A DNA stretch of 64,000 nucleotides from a virus: the IMG/VR virus record IMGVR_UViG_3300045988_062794; one strand, given 5' to 3'. Shown here piece by piece: positions 9,280 through 18,168 of the stretch; within the stretch, counting starts at the first letter, position 1, and every line of letters begins with the position of its first letter. The notes beneath the pieces were generated by a model that saw nothing but the letters and a program-made list of their open reading frames with translations, had not been told where the DNA came from and ran no database searches. A program made the position numbers and the translations under genes.

Positions 9280-9824
9280 TATTTTATTTTTTTAACCAGT
9301 TGCTTAACTTTTGGTAAGTCTTCCTTATCTATGGTTATATCAAGATACTTTTCACCTTTACTCTTTATTACTTTACTTAGGATTCTCCAAGGACCATCTG
9401 GGTATAATGTATTTAAGTTTTCAACTATAGACCATAACTCAACTCCAGCAATAAGCCCTGCAAAAAGCTCTGATAAGTGAGCATTGAATGATATTAATAT
9501 ATCAGCATCAATTCGTGATGCAAACCATACAATAGCACAAGACCAACCAAATTTCCGTAATGTTTTCCAAAAACGTCTAGATTCACATTTCCTGTTCTTT
9601 TTGATTGATACTTTACAACCAAGTATAGCATCAGTAACAATAAGTAATCCTAGTAATAGTAATACAAAAATGATAGGTGTAAAAGTGCCCATCAACCAAT
9701 TTAGTAGGCTGACACCAACACAAGCAATAAACTTTGTTATACCTTCACCGGTTAAATCTTTAAAATAGTTCATTGTAGAAACACCTTGGCTTACTAAAAA
9801 ATAATTATGTAATTTATCTAACAT
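9279..9824 (-). CDS. holin-like protein (phage_holin_4-type architecture)
   Basis: Multiple TM segments. LIVTDAILGCKVSIKKNRK..S and AGVELWSIVENLNTLYP match the D..tG...k..S / E..SilEN pattern of this holin family, recalled from memory. Confidence 0.55.
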   Translation of the reverse strand: MLDKLHNYFLVSQGVSTMNYFKDLTGEGITKFIACVGVSLLNWLMGTFTPIIFVLLLLGLLIVTDAILGCKVSIKKNRKCESRRFWKTLRKFGWSCAIVWFASRIDADILISFNAHLSELFAGLIAGVELWSIVENLNTLYPDGPWRILSKVIKSKGEKYLDITIDKEDLPKVKQLVKKIK

Positions 9825-9985
9825 GATGTAAGATTTGAGATATATTGAAATAGAAAACGCTAACTAAATTATGAAAATCTAGCTAGCGTTGTGTTATCTT
9901 TTGATAGTACGTTTAAAACGTTAAATACCTATAAAAGTTGCTTAGGATAATAATCACTATTACATACCTAATAGCGGTTATTTTC

Positions 9986-10675
9986 TTATTGATTAGATAA
10001 ATCAAAGATTGGTAAAAAATATAACGTATCTTCTTGAGAGGTCGTATAATGAACCATAGCCTGTAAGATCCCTTCTGAAGTATTTGCATTTACCAAATCT
10101 ATTGATTCTATCCACCAAAACTCTTCATTATTTACTCTAGTAGAGGTCCAAAATGGGGAATATCCTTTACGACCAACTTCCACTATAGCCGTATTAAGAT
10201 CGTTTCCAAATCTCTGTAATATTGCTGCTTCTCCAAAACTAAGTACATGTGGAAATAGATCTTCATTATTGGGTGTTGTTAGTTTTAAATTTATAGCAAT
10301 TTCCTGAAAACTCGGACTATTTGCAAATGCATACGTACAATTTTGAAATCCATTTAAATCTTTTAATGCATCGGTATCAGAGGAAGCTATAGGCATATCT
10401 GTTCCAAAATCATATAATCTTAAGTTATACTGATCCATATTTTTATAATCTAATAATAATTTCTTATCACCATAGATAATAGCAATTCCCAAATTATCTG
10501 GTTTATTAGCATTTTTCCATTGATCTACAGTAACAAAACTCCAGTCATTTAGCATTATATATACCCCATCTGTAACTTCTACTTGCTCTTTAGACCATAC
10601 TTTAGTACTACCTAAGTACATAGCTTTTACTTCGGTAGTACCTATATATGCATTCTTAATATCTTTATTAGTCAT
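9986..10675 (-). CDS. hypothetical fibre-module protein (weak DUF1566-like FWTST motif)
   Basis: 229-aa ORF. YSPFWTSTRVNNEEFWWI weakly resembles the DUF1566 motif. Confidence 0.4.
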   Translation of the reverse strand: MTNKDIKNAYIGTTEVKAMYLGSTKVWSKEQVEVTDGVYIMLNDWSFVTVDQWKNANKPDNLGIAIIYGDKKLLLDYKNMDQYNLRLYDFGTDMPIASSDTDALKDLNGFQNCTYAFANSPSFQEIAINLKLTTPNNEDLFPHVLSFGEAAILQRFGNDLNTAIVEVGRKGYSPFWTSTRVNNEEFWWIESIDLVNANTSEGILQAMVHYTTSQEDTLYFLPIFDLSNQ

Positions 10676-10677
10676 AG

Positions 10678-11274
10678 TTAACCGGTTATTATATAAAGTG
10701 TAGTATTTTTCTTCTCAGTAAGTTTATCGTAGGCAGCTTGAGATAATGATGCTATTTCAGATACTCCGTTACCACTTATAGTATTTATCTTCCTATATTG
10801 ACCGTTGTCGGAGAGGTATTTTGTACCGGAGCCAGTATTTTGTAAACTTTGTCGATTAGATACCGAAGTATAGGTCTTGTTACTCTTATTAATAATTACG
10901 GTTGTTACCATTAATCCTATAGAGTGATCACCGGAGTCTACTGTTAAAAAATTTGTTATAATACTATATGTTTCAGTAGAATTACTAATTGTTATCGGGC
11001 TAAATCCATCAGGATCCGTTTCAATTCTTGCTGTTGTTATTCCTTTGTTTACTGCATCAACTATCTTTTGATAGTTTTCATCTGATAATGTACCACTTTC
11101 ACTTGGAAATAAAGTTGTTAAGTCAAGATACTGATTGCTAGCTATAATCTCTGACCATTGTTTATCTTTCCTACCATATATCTTACCATCTGAAGGCGCA
11201 TCAGGAAATTCTTCTATACCGTAATTGGGTAGTTTTACCCACTCTCCATCTTTCTTTATTTTTATTGTACCCAT
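10678..11274 (-). CDS. hypothetical tail-fibre-like protein
   Basis: 198-aa ORF tightly packed in the fibre cluster. The N-terminal KKDGEWVKLP resembles fibre N-termini. Confidence 0.45.
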   Translation of the reverse strand: MGTIKIKKDGEWVKLPNYGIEEFPDAPSDGKIYGRKDKQWSEIIASNQYLDLTTLFPSESGTLSDENYQKIVDAVNKGITTARIETDPDGFSPITISNSTETYSIITNFLTVDSGDHSIGLMVTTVIINKSNKTYTSVSNRQSLQNTGSGTKYLSDNGQYRKINTISGNGVSEIASLSQAAYDKLTEKKNTTLYIITG

Positions 11275-11275
11275 A

Positions 11276-11920
11276 TTATACTAAAGTTACATAGTTATCT
11301 ACTAAACTTGACAAATCATGTGAAAGTGGCATTTCACTATTCCTAATACATAAATACACTTTACTGTTCTGTGTATAGTATTTATCCTTAAATAATTCCA
11401 TAGGTGGTATATAAGGTATCGGATCTTCTAATGTACCAGCATGATCTTTATCAACCACTTTATACAAAGACGCTGTATCTACTCCAGGAATCCAATTTTC
11501 TTGTAACGTATGATCCTGTATTACTTCATACAATATATCTGAATTATTTGTTACTACTCTAAATCTAAAACCCTTAGTAACAGAAGTACCATAAGAAGCA
11601 TCTCCTTTCCCCCATACAGGGTAAAGTGTTTTCATTTCTAAAGCTTTATCCGCAGTAAGTACTGAAGTGTTAATTATAGTTTTAATAAAGTTAATAGCTT
11701 GTGCTTGTTCATTGTCAAATTGTCCTGTATTTACTACTGTCTTTATTTCATCATAAGAAGGATAATGATTAAATACATGTTCATTGTATTTATAATGAAT
11801 AATATCATCTTCAGTTTCCTTATCCTTATCTACTTGAACGTCCCATCTTACTGCCCATTCATTTAAACCTAAGTATTCAACAGAAATAGGGATGCTATTA
11901 CTATGTGCGATTCTTGTCAT
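11276..11920 (-). CDS. CBM5/12-like repeat protein, paralogue of 2043..2696
   Basis: ILYEVIQDHTLQENWIPGVDTASLYKVVDKDHAGTLEDPIPYIPPMELFKDKYY... aligns residue by residue with the ORF at 2043..2696. Confidence 0.55.
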   Translation of the reverse strand: MTRIAHSNSIPISVEYLGLNEWAVRWDVQVDKDKETEDDIIHYKYNEHVFNHYPSYDEIKTVVNTGQFDNEQAQAINFIKTIINTSVLTADKALEMKTLYPVWGKGDASYGTSVTKGFRFRVVTNNSDILYEVIQDHTLQENWIPGVDTASLYKVVDKDHAGTLEDPIPYIPPMELFKDKYYTQNSKVYLCIRNSEMPLSHDLSSLVDNYVTLV

Positions 11921-12932
11921 AACCTAATAATAAAATTTTAAGTTCTTTTATATTATTTGTTCCTGTGAATTTCTTCCACAAATTAAAGCAATTACCATAT
12001 CTACACCATCCCCAGTAAGAAGATAGAGACCTGAATTTCTTATTAAAATTAATGTATTTAGTTTTCCTATAGAACTTCTTTTTCATATCCTTTCTTAATT
12101 TCATATGACTGTGTCTAAAAACATAGCCTAAGAAATCAATTCCTCTATCATCTACAGGATATATTTGCCAATCATGTTTCACTTCTAATTCAAGATGTGA
12201 GATCATGTATTCTTGTATCTTTTGTAATGCTTGATGTAATTCTTCTTTATTGGAAGAAAGTAGAACCATATCATCACAATATCTGAAGTAATGTTTAATC
12301 TTTAACTCCTGCTTTACCCATCTATCAAACCATGTTAAATAAAGATTAGCAGCAAATTGTGATATATAATTACCAATAGGTAATCCTTTATCTGTAGAAT
12401 AAATTATCTCAGATATTAAATTTAGAAACCTTTTATCTTTGAATATTCTATTAAATAGATCCATCATAATCTTTTGATCTACAGAAGGAAAGAACTTCTT
12501 TACATCTAGTTTCAAACAATATTTAGTATTTTTTGGATCTGTTTTTAATGCATGTTTCAATCTTTTTACTGCTAAGTGAATACCTCTACCTTTGATACAA
12601 CTATAAGTATCTGAAGTAAATCGCTTAACTAAATAAGGTTCTATGACATTCATTATAGCGTGATGAGCTATACGGTCTGGAAAGTAAGGTAATCTGTATA
12701 TTTCTCTTTCTTTATGACCTCTATCAGCAATAATAGTATAGATATCATATTCAGATGTTTTATAAGTACCTTCGATAAACATCCTTTGTAATTTTAATAA
12801 ATTCTCATGTGAATGTTTATCAAATTTAGCAATACCATAACGTTTAGATTTGTTAAGTCTTGCTTTCTTATCTGCTAGAACAAGATTGTTAAAATCGATA
12901 ATTCTATTGAAAATATTACCAATGCGTTTCAT
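11901..12932 (-). CDS. diversity-generating retroelement reverse transcriptase
   Basis: RT motifs include LPIGNYISQFAANLYL (the DGR-type IGxxxSQ motif) and the catalytic YCDD. A TR/VR pair lies immediately upstream. Confidence 0.9.
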   Translation of the reverse strand: MKRIGNIFNRIIDFNNLVLADKKARLNKSKRYGIAKFDKHSHENLLKLQRMFIEGTYKTSEYDIYTIIADRGHKEREIYRLPYFPDRIAHHAIMNVIEPYLVKRFTSDTYSCIKGRGIHLAVKRLKHALKTDPKNTKYCLKLDVKKFFPSVDQKIMMDLFNRIFKDKRFLNLISEIIYSTDKGLPIGNYISQFAANLYLTWFDRWVKQELKIKHYFRYCDDMVLLSSNKEELHQALQKIQEYMISHLELEVKHDWQIYPVDDRGIDFLGYVFRHSHMKLRKDMKKKFYRKTKYINFNKKFRSLSSYWGWCRYGNCFNLWKKFTGTNNIKELKILLLGYDKNRT

Positions 12933-13054
12933 TAGCTATTTTGGTGTTAGGACCCGTTCATCCAATACTACTAGGGTCCCTTCAAAGCACCTGTTATTTT
13001 TCACCAAGGGGTGAGGCTGATCTAATTTATACAACAAAAACTTCCAAAATTTCA
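12933..13054 (-). other. DGR spacer (Sp-like) region between TR and RT, with two hairpins
   Basis: Hairpins ggaccc/gggtcc (12950-12979) and tcacc-aagg-ggtga (13001-13014). There is no ORF in this interval. Confidence 0.5.
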
Positions 13055-13150
13055 CTGTGAACTGATATTCGAATTCGAATTCGATGAATCATTATTAGCA
13101 TTCGAATAGAAGACTCTGCAATTAGACTCATTGTCTGAATTACCTGACTT
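13055..13150 (-). repeat. DGR template repeat (TR), core alignment
   Basis: Aligns ungapped to 13301-13396 at a constant offset of 246. It is rich in sense-strand AAT codons (…AAT TCG AAT TCG AAT…). Confidence 0.85.
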
Positions 13151-13225
13151 ACTTTTTAATACATCTTCATCTAATCAAACCATTCTTTTAGATCCCGCCT
13201 TTGTTAATACTCTAGTTTTATAGGT

Positions 13226-16200
13226 TTATCCATTAAACCCAGGCTCTAACGCCAAAAATTCTTCTTTTGTTTTAACTACTATATTTCCATAAAAGCCCAA
13301 CCGCGAACCGAAAGACGAAGCCGAACCCGACGAACCAGCATCAGCATCCGAACCGAAGACCCCGCACCTAGACCCATGGGCCGAACCACCCGACCGCAGC
13401 AGAACCCTGTTACCCGTATTTTGATAGTAATAGTCTGCATAATATGTAGTGTCTGATCCACCGCTAACGTAAGTAGGCATAATATCCGCGTATTCTCCGT
13501 GAGCAATACCAGTAATCCAATTACTAGAAGAGGCAGCAGTATTGCTGCTAGAAGAGGCAACAATTTGTCTTACATTTGTATATCCTGCAGATGTTAAACC
13601 GGAAAGGTCAGTATTTACCTTAAGACCTCCATCGTACACTATCCATTGTCTATCAATAATATTAATTCCTTGTACGAATTCGTATTTACCATAATAACAA
13701 TCTTCAAGACCTAAAAAATTACTACTTTTACTAGACTTTCCATCCCTGTTACCTAATGACACTGTGGCACCTGTCGAACCATCCCAAGAACGTGTACCAC
13801 CGGAACAAGGTATGCTACTATTATCTGTACTTATATTCGTATTACCATATTTAGCACAGAATAAATTAGCAATAGTTTTATGGGCTCTATAATCAATCAA
13901 TCCCCAATTTAAACCATTGGTTTGTGCTTGATTGAAAAAGGTTTCTATAGTTTGATTTCCAGTACTAGTCGTATCGGGTCTGCTGGTTAATTTACCGTCA
14001 GTATTATATGCTTCAAATACACCAATCAAACATTCTCTTTCTTCTTTATAAGAATCGGTAAGCTTTCTATCAGATATATACAATTTGAATTTACCTATAC
14101 TCACTAGTTCTGTACGATAATAATATTTAGGGAAATGAACCATGTAATATACATAATGATAAGCACCAGTACGGTTAACAGTAGAACCATCTTCCCATTT
14201 ATTACTATCCGTAGAATTTAAATAGGCAATAGCAGCAGAACCATCATCCTGAGGTAACGCTAAACATCTTTTAAATTTACTAGTAAGGTTAGTAATGATA
14301 TCTAAATTACCACCTCTTTCTAGTGTAGTGGTACTTGTGGTTTCGTCAAATTGGACCCACATAGCGTGTGTTTCTTCATTGATCTGTTTCCAATCAAGAG
14401 TGACCTCTTTCACATCATCCAAACTACTTATTTGAATAGTTTGAATCTCTGGGGTGATGTATCCTGCTACGGATCTAGGTTCAATAGTCCAAGTTTCAGT
14501 AGTTGGTAATACAAATGTATTTTCATCAGTATCCCTTGTAACCAAAGTATAGGAACTTTCCTTTGGTACAGTATTAGAATACACATATACGTCTGCTAAA
14601 CCGCTAATATCTTTTGCTAATTTTATTTTCAATTTAGCTCCTCGATACATTAATGTTTTTTCTTCAGCTACTCCATTTGCTGTAGAAGTTATAGAATCTG
14701 GTGTGACCCATTTCCTAAAATTAGGAGAACTAAAAACAGATACTTCAGTACCCTCAATAGTATATTGAGCACCAGTTGGAATTTTTACAGTATAGGTACG
14801 ATTACCAGAAAGTGTTTTAGTTACATAACCTGATAACTTTACATCAACCTTATTAGAAAGTAATTCAGGATGATTGCTAGTAACATTAATTGTTACAATT
14901 GTGGTATTATAAGTTAATGTTATAATCCTAATATTACCTGCTTCTGCAATAAATGTTTGAGATTGTGGTTTAGCATAATCAGTTACATCACTACAAGTAA
15001 TAGTATATGTAGTATTTACTGGAATTGTGGCAGTAAGTTCAGTTCCTTCCCATGTAAGTACTTTAGAAGTTTCACCATAAGCTATAGTAATAGTAACACC
15101 ATTAATGTTAGAATCTGATAACTGATTACTTGCAACAGTTATTTTAACAGTTTCATCTTTAGGTGCTGCTTCTACTTCTACCCATGTTCCATTCTGTCTA
15201 GCATACTGTTTACCATCTTTAGGTGCTTCTGTAACTACTAATTCATCAAAAGTATTGTCTGATAAGTCAACCCATATTTCTTGTTCGCCATCAGGTTGTG
15301 TACCTTCGCTTATATATACTTCATCAGATATATCTGTTTTTAAAGCATACTCGTTGCCATGTTTACCATCAAGTAAATCAGCATCTAAACCACTACCAAC
15401 CCCATCTACTGTTTTTACTTTGGATAATACATCTGCTGCAGTATATGCAGAGGAATCTAATTTTGTATTAACCTGAGTAGTAGTAGCATAACCTTTTGCA
15501 TTTAATTCAGTTTCGGTTACATATTCTTCAGGTACTGAAGTAAGGTAATTGCCTTTTGGTTGATAAGTACTAGCTGCATCAGTCTTAGTTAAATACCCAC
15601 TAAGATCTACTGTTTCACTTAACTTATCCCAATCTGGAGTAGTTGAAGTAGCTACATAATTAGCCCCTGTATCTTCAAGATTATACACGTCACCGATACT
15701 TACATTTTCAGCAGGTAAGGCATTATAATTAGCTACAGAACCTTTTACTTTATATACTGAACCTATAGCAGTATTAATCTTCTGATCTATTTCTTCTGAT
15801 GTTGGTAATCCAGTAAGTTTATTAAATCCTTCAGCAGTGATTAAACCTGCAGCAGAAGTTGTAGCTGCTGGTATCTCTATTACTTTAGATTGAGTACTAC
15901 CATTAACACCTGTTTGTTCATTCTTAAATGAATACGTAATACGACCAAATTCAGCTGTGGAAACCATGTTATCGGCCATATTTACAACATAACCATTAAG
16001 TCTTGCTAATTTACTTTTTTCAGCCGAAGTAAAATCAGTAGAGCTTAATCCTTTTCCTTCTTCCTTATCTACTTTGGTATCTAACTTACTGTCTACATAA
16101 GTCTTATCAGCTTTACCAGAAATTTGTTCAGTAACATCTACTGCTGCGACAGTATCATCAACGTACTTCTTAGTAGCAGGATGATAATCTGTAGTAGGTG

Positions 16201-17695
16201 TATATGTACTAGTATTACTTTTGGATATGTATCTACTATCATGATTATGACTAGTAATATCCCCAGTAAGCACAGCTTCTACATTCTGTTTAGTTACAGA
16301 AGCATCACTACCTGGGTCTCCTTTCTCTCCTTTTTCACCAGGATCACCTTTTGGACCTTGTTCCCCAGGTGCACCATTAGCTCCTGGTTCACCTTTAGGA
16401 CCAGGTTCTCCCTGTTCTCCCTTAGGTCCTACAGGTCCCTGTGGTCCTGCTGGTCCTTGAATACTACCTACATTACTCCACTTAGGGTTTGATACAACAT
16501 TACCATTTTCACCGACATATACATATAGGTTACCAGAAATTAACCAAGCATCACCAGATACACCTTCTTGTGGTAATTGTGATTCAGAATCTAATTCCCC
16601 TTTAATATTTAATCCTGAACCAGTATCTCCCTTAGGTCCTTGTGGACCAGGTTCTCCTTGTGGCCCTTGAATTCCCTGTATACCTTGCTCTCCTTGTTCA
16701 CCTTTAGGTCCAACAGGCCCTTGTATACCTTGTTCACCCTTTTCACCTTGGACACCTTGTAAACCTCTTTCTCCTTGTAAACCCTGAGGTCCTCTTTCAC
16801 CAGTAGCCCCTTTTTCTCCAGTATCACCTTTATCTCCTTTAGGCCCAGTTTCACCTTTCTCACCTTTCAAAGAGATTAACCATTCAGCTTCTGTTCCTTC
16901 AAAACCATGCTGTACTGCTACTTGATATGCTGATAAACCTTGAATACCTTGTGCACCAGATAAGTCTGATATGAATTTCCATTCAGTATCTCCTTTTAGA
17001 TACAATCGAGAATCCTCTTCATTTTCAACATCACCTGTATCAATCATTACAAATTGTCCTGTCTTTACTTCAGGATTATTGTAATCATCTTCCATAGCTT
17101 GGATTGAAGGGTATGTCTTTACAATAGTAAATGCGTCACCAACTGCATTAATACCACTATCCTGATAAGTATCATTTACATAGTCATAGATATACCAATT
17201 ACCATCTACAATCTTTGGTGGATTTTGAAGTACTTCTTTTGAGTCTTTTACAGCTTGTTTAGCATCCTTAACCGCATTAGGTACTTCTGCAAGCATTCTA
17301 CCAAAGTCTTCTTCAGTGCCAGTATATCCTTGTTCTACAGCATATTCATATGCAGTCTTACCATATGCAGTAGCACCAGTGTCAGCATATTCGTTTAATG
17401 CAGAATCAAATACCCACCAATTACCATTTTCACCAATAATTGGACTTTTACCAGAAGCAGGTATACCTGTGTCACGATTATCTATCCACCAGTTACCATT
17501 AGAACCAATGAAAGGAGCAACAGCATCTTCACTAGTAGCATCTGTTAGTTTAACCCAAGACTTAATATCAGGATTATATACTTTAATTACTTTTCCTTTT
17601 GAATTTGCTCCCAAGTCTATCCAGTACCCAACTTCATTAGAATTGGGTACCATATAGCTTGCAAAGAATTCATAATATACATTATTCTTTATCAT
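13226..17695 (-). CDS. large collagen-like tail fibre, DGR target protein with C-terminal variable region
   Basis: 1489 aa. It has two G-X-Y collagen-like tracts, NGNWW repeats, a [17 protein letters not shown] fibre repeat, and a C-terminal lectin-like end (…[16 protein letters not shown]…[10 protein letters not shown]) that holds the VR. Confidence 0.85.
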   Translation of the reverse strand: MIKNNVYYEFFASYMVPNSNEVGYWIDLGANSKGKVIKVYNPDIKSWVKLTDATSEDAVAPFIGSNGNWWIDNRDTGIPASGKSPIIGENGNWWVFDSALNEYADTGATAYGKTAYEYAVEQGYTGTEEDFGRMLAEVPNAVKDAKQAVKDSKEVLQNPPKIVDGNWYIYDYVNDTYQDSGINAVGDAFTIVKTYPSIQAMEDDYNNPEVKTGQFVMIDTGDVENEEDSRLYLKGDTEWKFISDLSGAQGIQGLSAYQVAVQHGFEGTEAEWLISLKGEKGETGPKGDKGDTGEKGATGERGPQGLQGERGLQGVQGEKGEQGIQGPVGPKGEQGEQGIQGIQGPQGEPGPQGPKGDTGSGLNIKGELDSESQLPQEGVSGDAWLISGNLYVYVGENGNVVSNPKWSNVGSIQGPAGPQGPVGPKGEQGEPGPKGEPGANGAPGEQGPKGDPGEKGEKGDPGSDASVTKQNVEAVLTGDITSHNHDSRYISKSNTSTYTPTTDYHPATKKYVDDTVAAVDVTEQISGKADKTYVDSKLDTKVDKEEGKGLSSTDFTSAEKSKLARLNGYVVNMADNMVSTAEFGRITYSFKNEQTGVNGSTQSKVIEIPAATTSAAGLITAEGFNKLTGLPTSEEIDQKINTAIGSVYKVKGSVANYNALPAENVSIGDVYNLEDTGANYVATSTTPDWDKLSETVDLSGYLTKTDAASTYQPKGNYLTSVPEEYVTETELNAKGYATTTQVNTKLDSSAYTAADVLSKVKTVDGVGSGLDADLLDGKHGNEYALKTDISDEVYISEGTQPDGEQEIWVDLSDNTFDELVVTEAPKDGKQYARQNGTWVEVEAAPKDETVKITVASNQLSDSNINGVTITIAYGETSKVLTWEGTELTATIPVNTTYTITCSDVTDYAKPQSQTFIAEAGNIRIITLTYNTTIVTINVTSNHPELLSNKVDVKLSGYVTKTLSGNRTYTVKIPTGAQYTIEGTEVSVFSSPNFRKWVTPDSITSTANGVAEEKTLMYRGAKLKIKLAKDISGLADVYVYSNTVPKESSYTLVTRDTDENTFVLPTTETWTIEPRSVAGYITPEIQTIQISSLDDVKEVTLDWKQINEETHAMWVQFDETTSTTTLERGGNLDIITNLTSKFKRCLALPQDDGSAAIAYLNSTDSNKWEDGSTVNRTGAYHYVYYMVHFPKYYYRTELVSIGKFKLYISDRKLTDSYKEERECLIGVFEAYNTDGKLTSRPDTTSTGNQTIETFFNQAQTNGLNWGLIDYRAHKTIANLFCAKYGNTNISTDNSSIPCSGGTRSWDGSTGATVSLGNRDGKSSKSSNFLGLEDCYYGKYEFVQGINIIDRQWIVYDGGLKVNTDLSGLTSAGYTNVRQIVASSSSNTAASSSNWITGIAHGEYADIMPTYVSGGSDTTYYADYYYQNTGNRVLLRSGGSAHGSRCGVFGSDADAGSSGSASSFGSRLGFYGNIVVKTKEEFLALEPGFNG
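13301..13396 (-). repeat. DGR variable repeat (VR), core alignment
   Basis: A locally GC-rich patch. By hand count, 29 of 31 mismatches to the TR over 96 nt fall where the TR sense strand has A. Confidence 0.85.
16315..16455 (-). repeat. collagen-like G-X-Y triplet tract 2
   Basis: Encodes [49 protein letters not shown]. Confidence 0.8.
16610..16865 (-). repeat. collagen-like G-X-Y triplet tract 1
   Basis: Encodes [37 protein letters not shown]...GPKGDTG. The alternative-frame ORF 16609..16863 is a by-product of this repeat. Confidence 0.8.
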
Positions 17696-18158
17696 TACTG
17701 TATTGTTTATAGATTAAAGGTTCAGTTAGATACATACTGGTGAAAGGATAATCTTCTTTCTTTTGTCTAAGATCATTAATAAGATCTCTAAGAACTTGTC
17801 TTCTTTCTGCAACTTCCGTATAATTATATTGTGAAGAAGGTTCTTGTCCTAGTACCATTGCTTCTGCAGCCTTAGTCATTATATAATCAGAAGAAGCTAA
17901 TTCTTCTTCTGCTTCTTTTAACGCTTCTTCTAGTTCCGCAGTAATGTAATATGTACACAATAATTCACCATTTTTGTAGAAATATCTCTTCATTAGATAT
18001 TTTATAGCCTCATCGTGCGGATCTTCAACATCTACTACATCATAATAATTAAGATCTAGATTATTTATTAAAACATCTATTTGATCAGTCATGTCTAAAC
18101 CATTAAATTCATCACTGTTTAGTACATAACCATCACTCTTTCTTACTATTATCGTCAT
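17682..18158 (-). CDS. hypothetical acidic protein (possible fibre assembly factor)
   Basis: 158-aa ORF between the two giant fibre genes, overlapping the downstream gene by 14 nt. Confidence 0.5.
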   Translation of the reverse strand: MTIIVRKSDGYVLNSDEFNGLDMTDQIDVLINNLDLNYYDVVDVEDPHDEAIKYLMKRYFYKNGELLCTYYITAELEEALKEAEEELASSDYIMTKAAEAMVLGQEPSSQYNYTEVAERRQVLRDLINDLRQKKEDYPFTSMYLTEPLIYKQYSNDKE

Positions 18159-18168
18159 AACTTAAATA

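Larger units (their letters stand above)
11901..13396 (-). mobile_element. DGR cassette (VR - TR - spacer - RT)
   Basis: See the RT, TR and VR features. The sense-strand order is target gene 3' end (VR), TR, a ~120-nt spacer, then RT. Confidence 0.85.

Noticed and set aside
13071-13088. Tandem GAATTC GAATTC GAATTC tract that looks like a microsatellite or a restriction-site array
   Set aside because: It is the antisense view of the AAT-TCG codon repeats of the DGR template repeat. Adenine-rich AAY codons are expected there, so it is not an independent repeat element or a CRISPR-like array.
13279-13563. 94-aa minus-strand ORF overlapping the DGR variable region in another frame
   Set aside because: It is created by the locally GC-rich, stop-poor VR sequence. 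The main frame gives a continuous 1489-aa fibre with the expected lectin-like C-terminus.
16124-16863. ORFs 16124..16492 (+) and 16609..16863 (-) within the collagen-like tracts
   Set aside because: Triplet-periodic G-X-Y coding DNA is open in several frames on both strands. The translations ([11 protein letters not shown]… and so on) are repeat artefacts.
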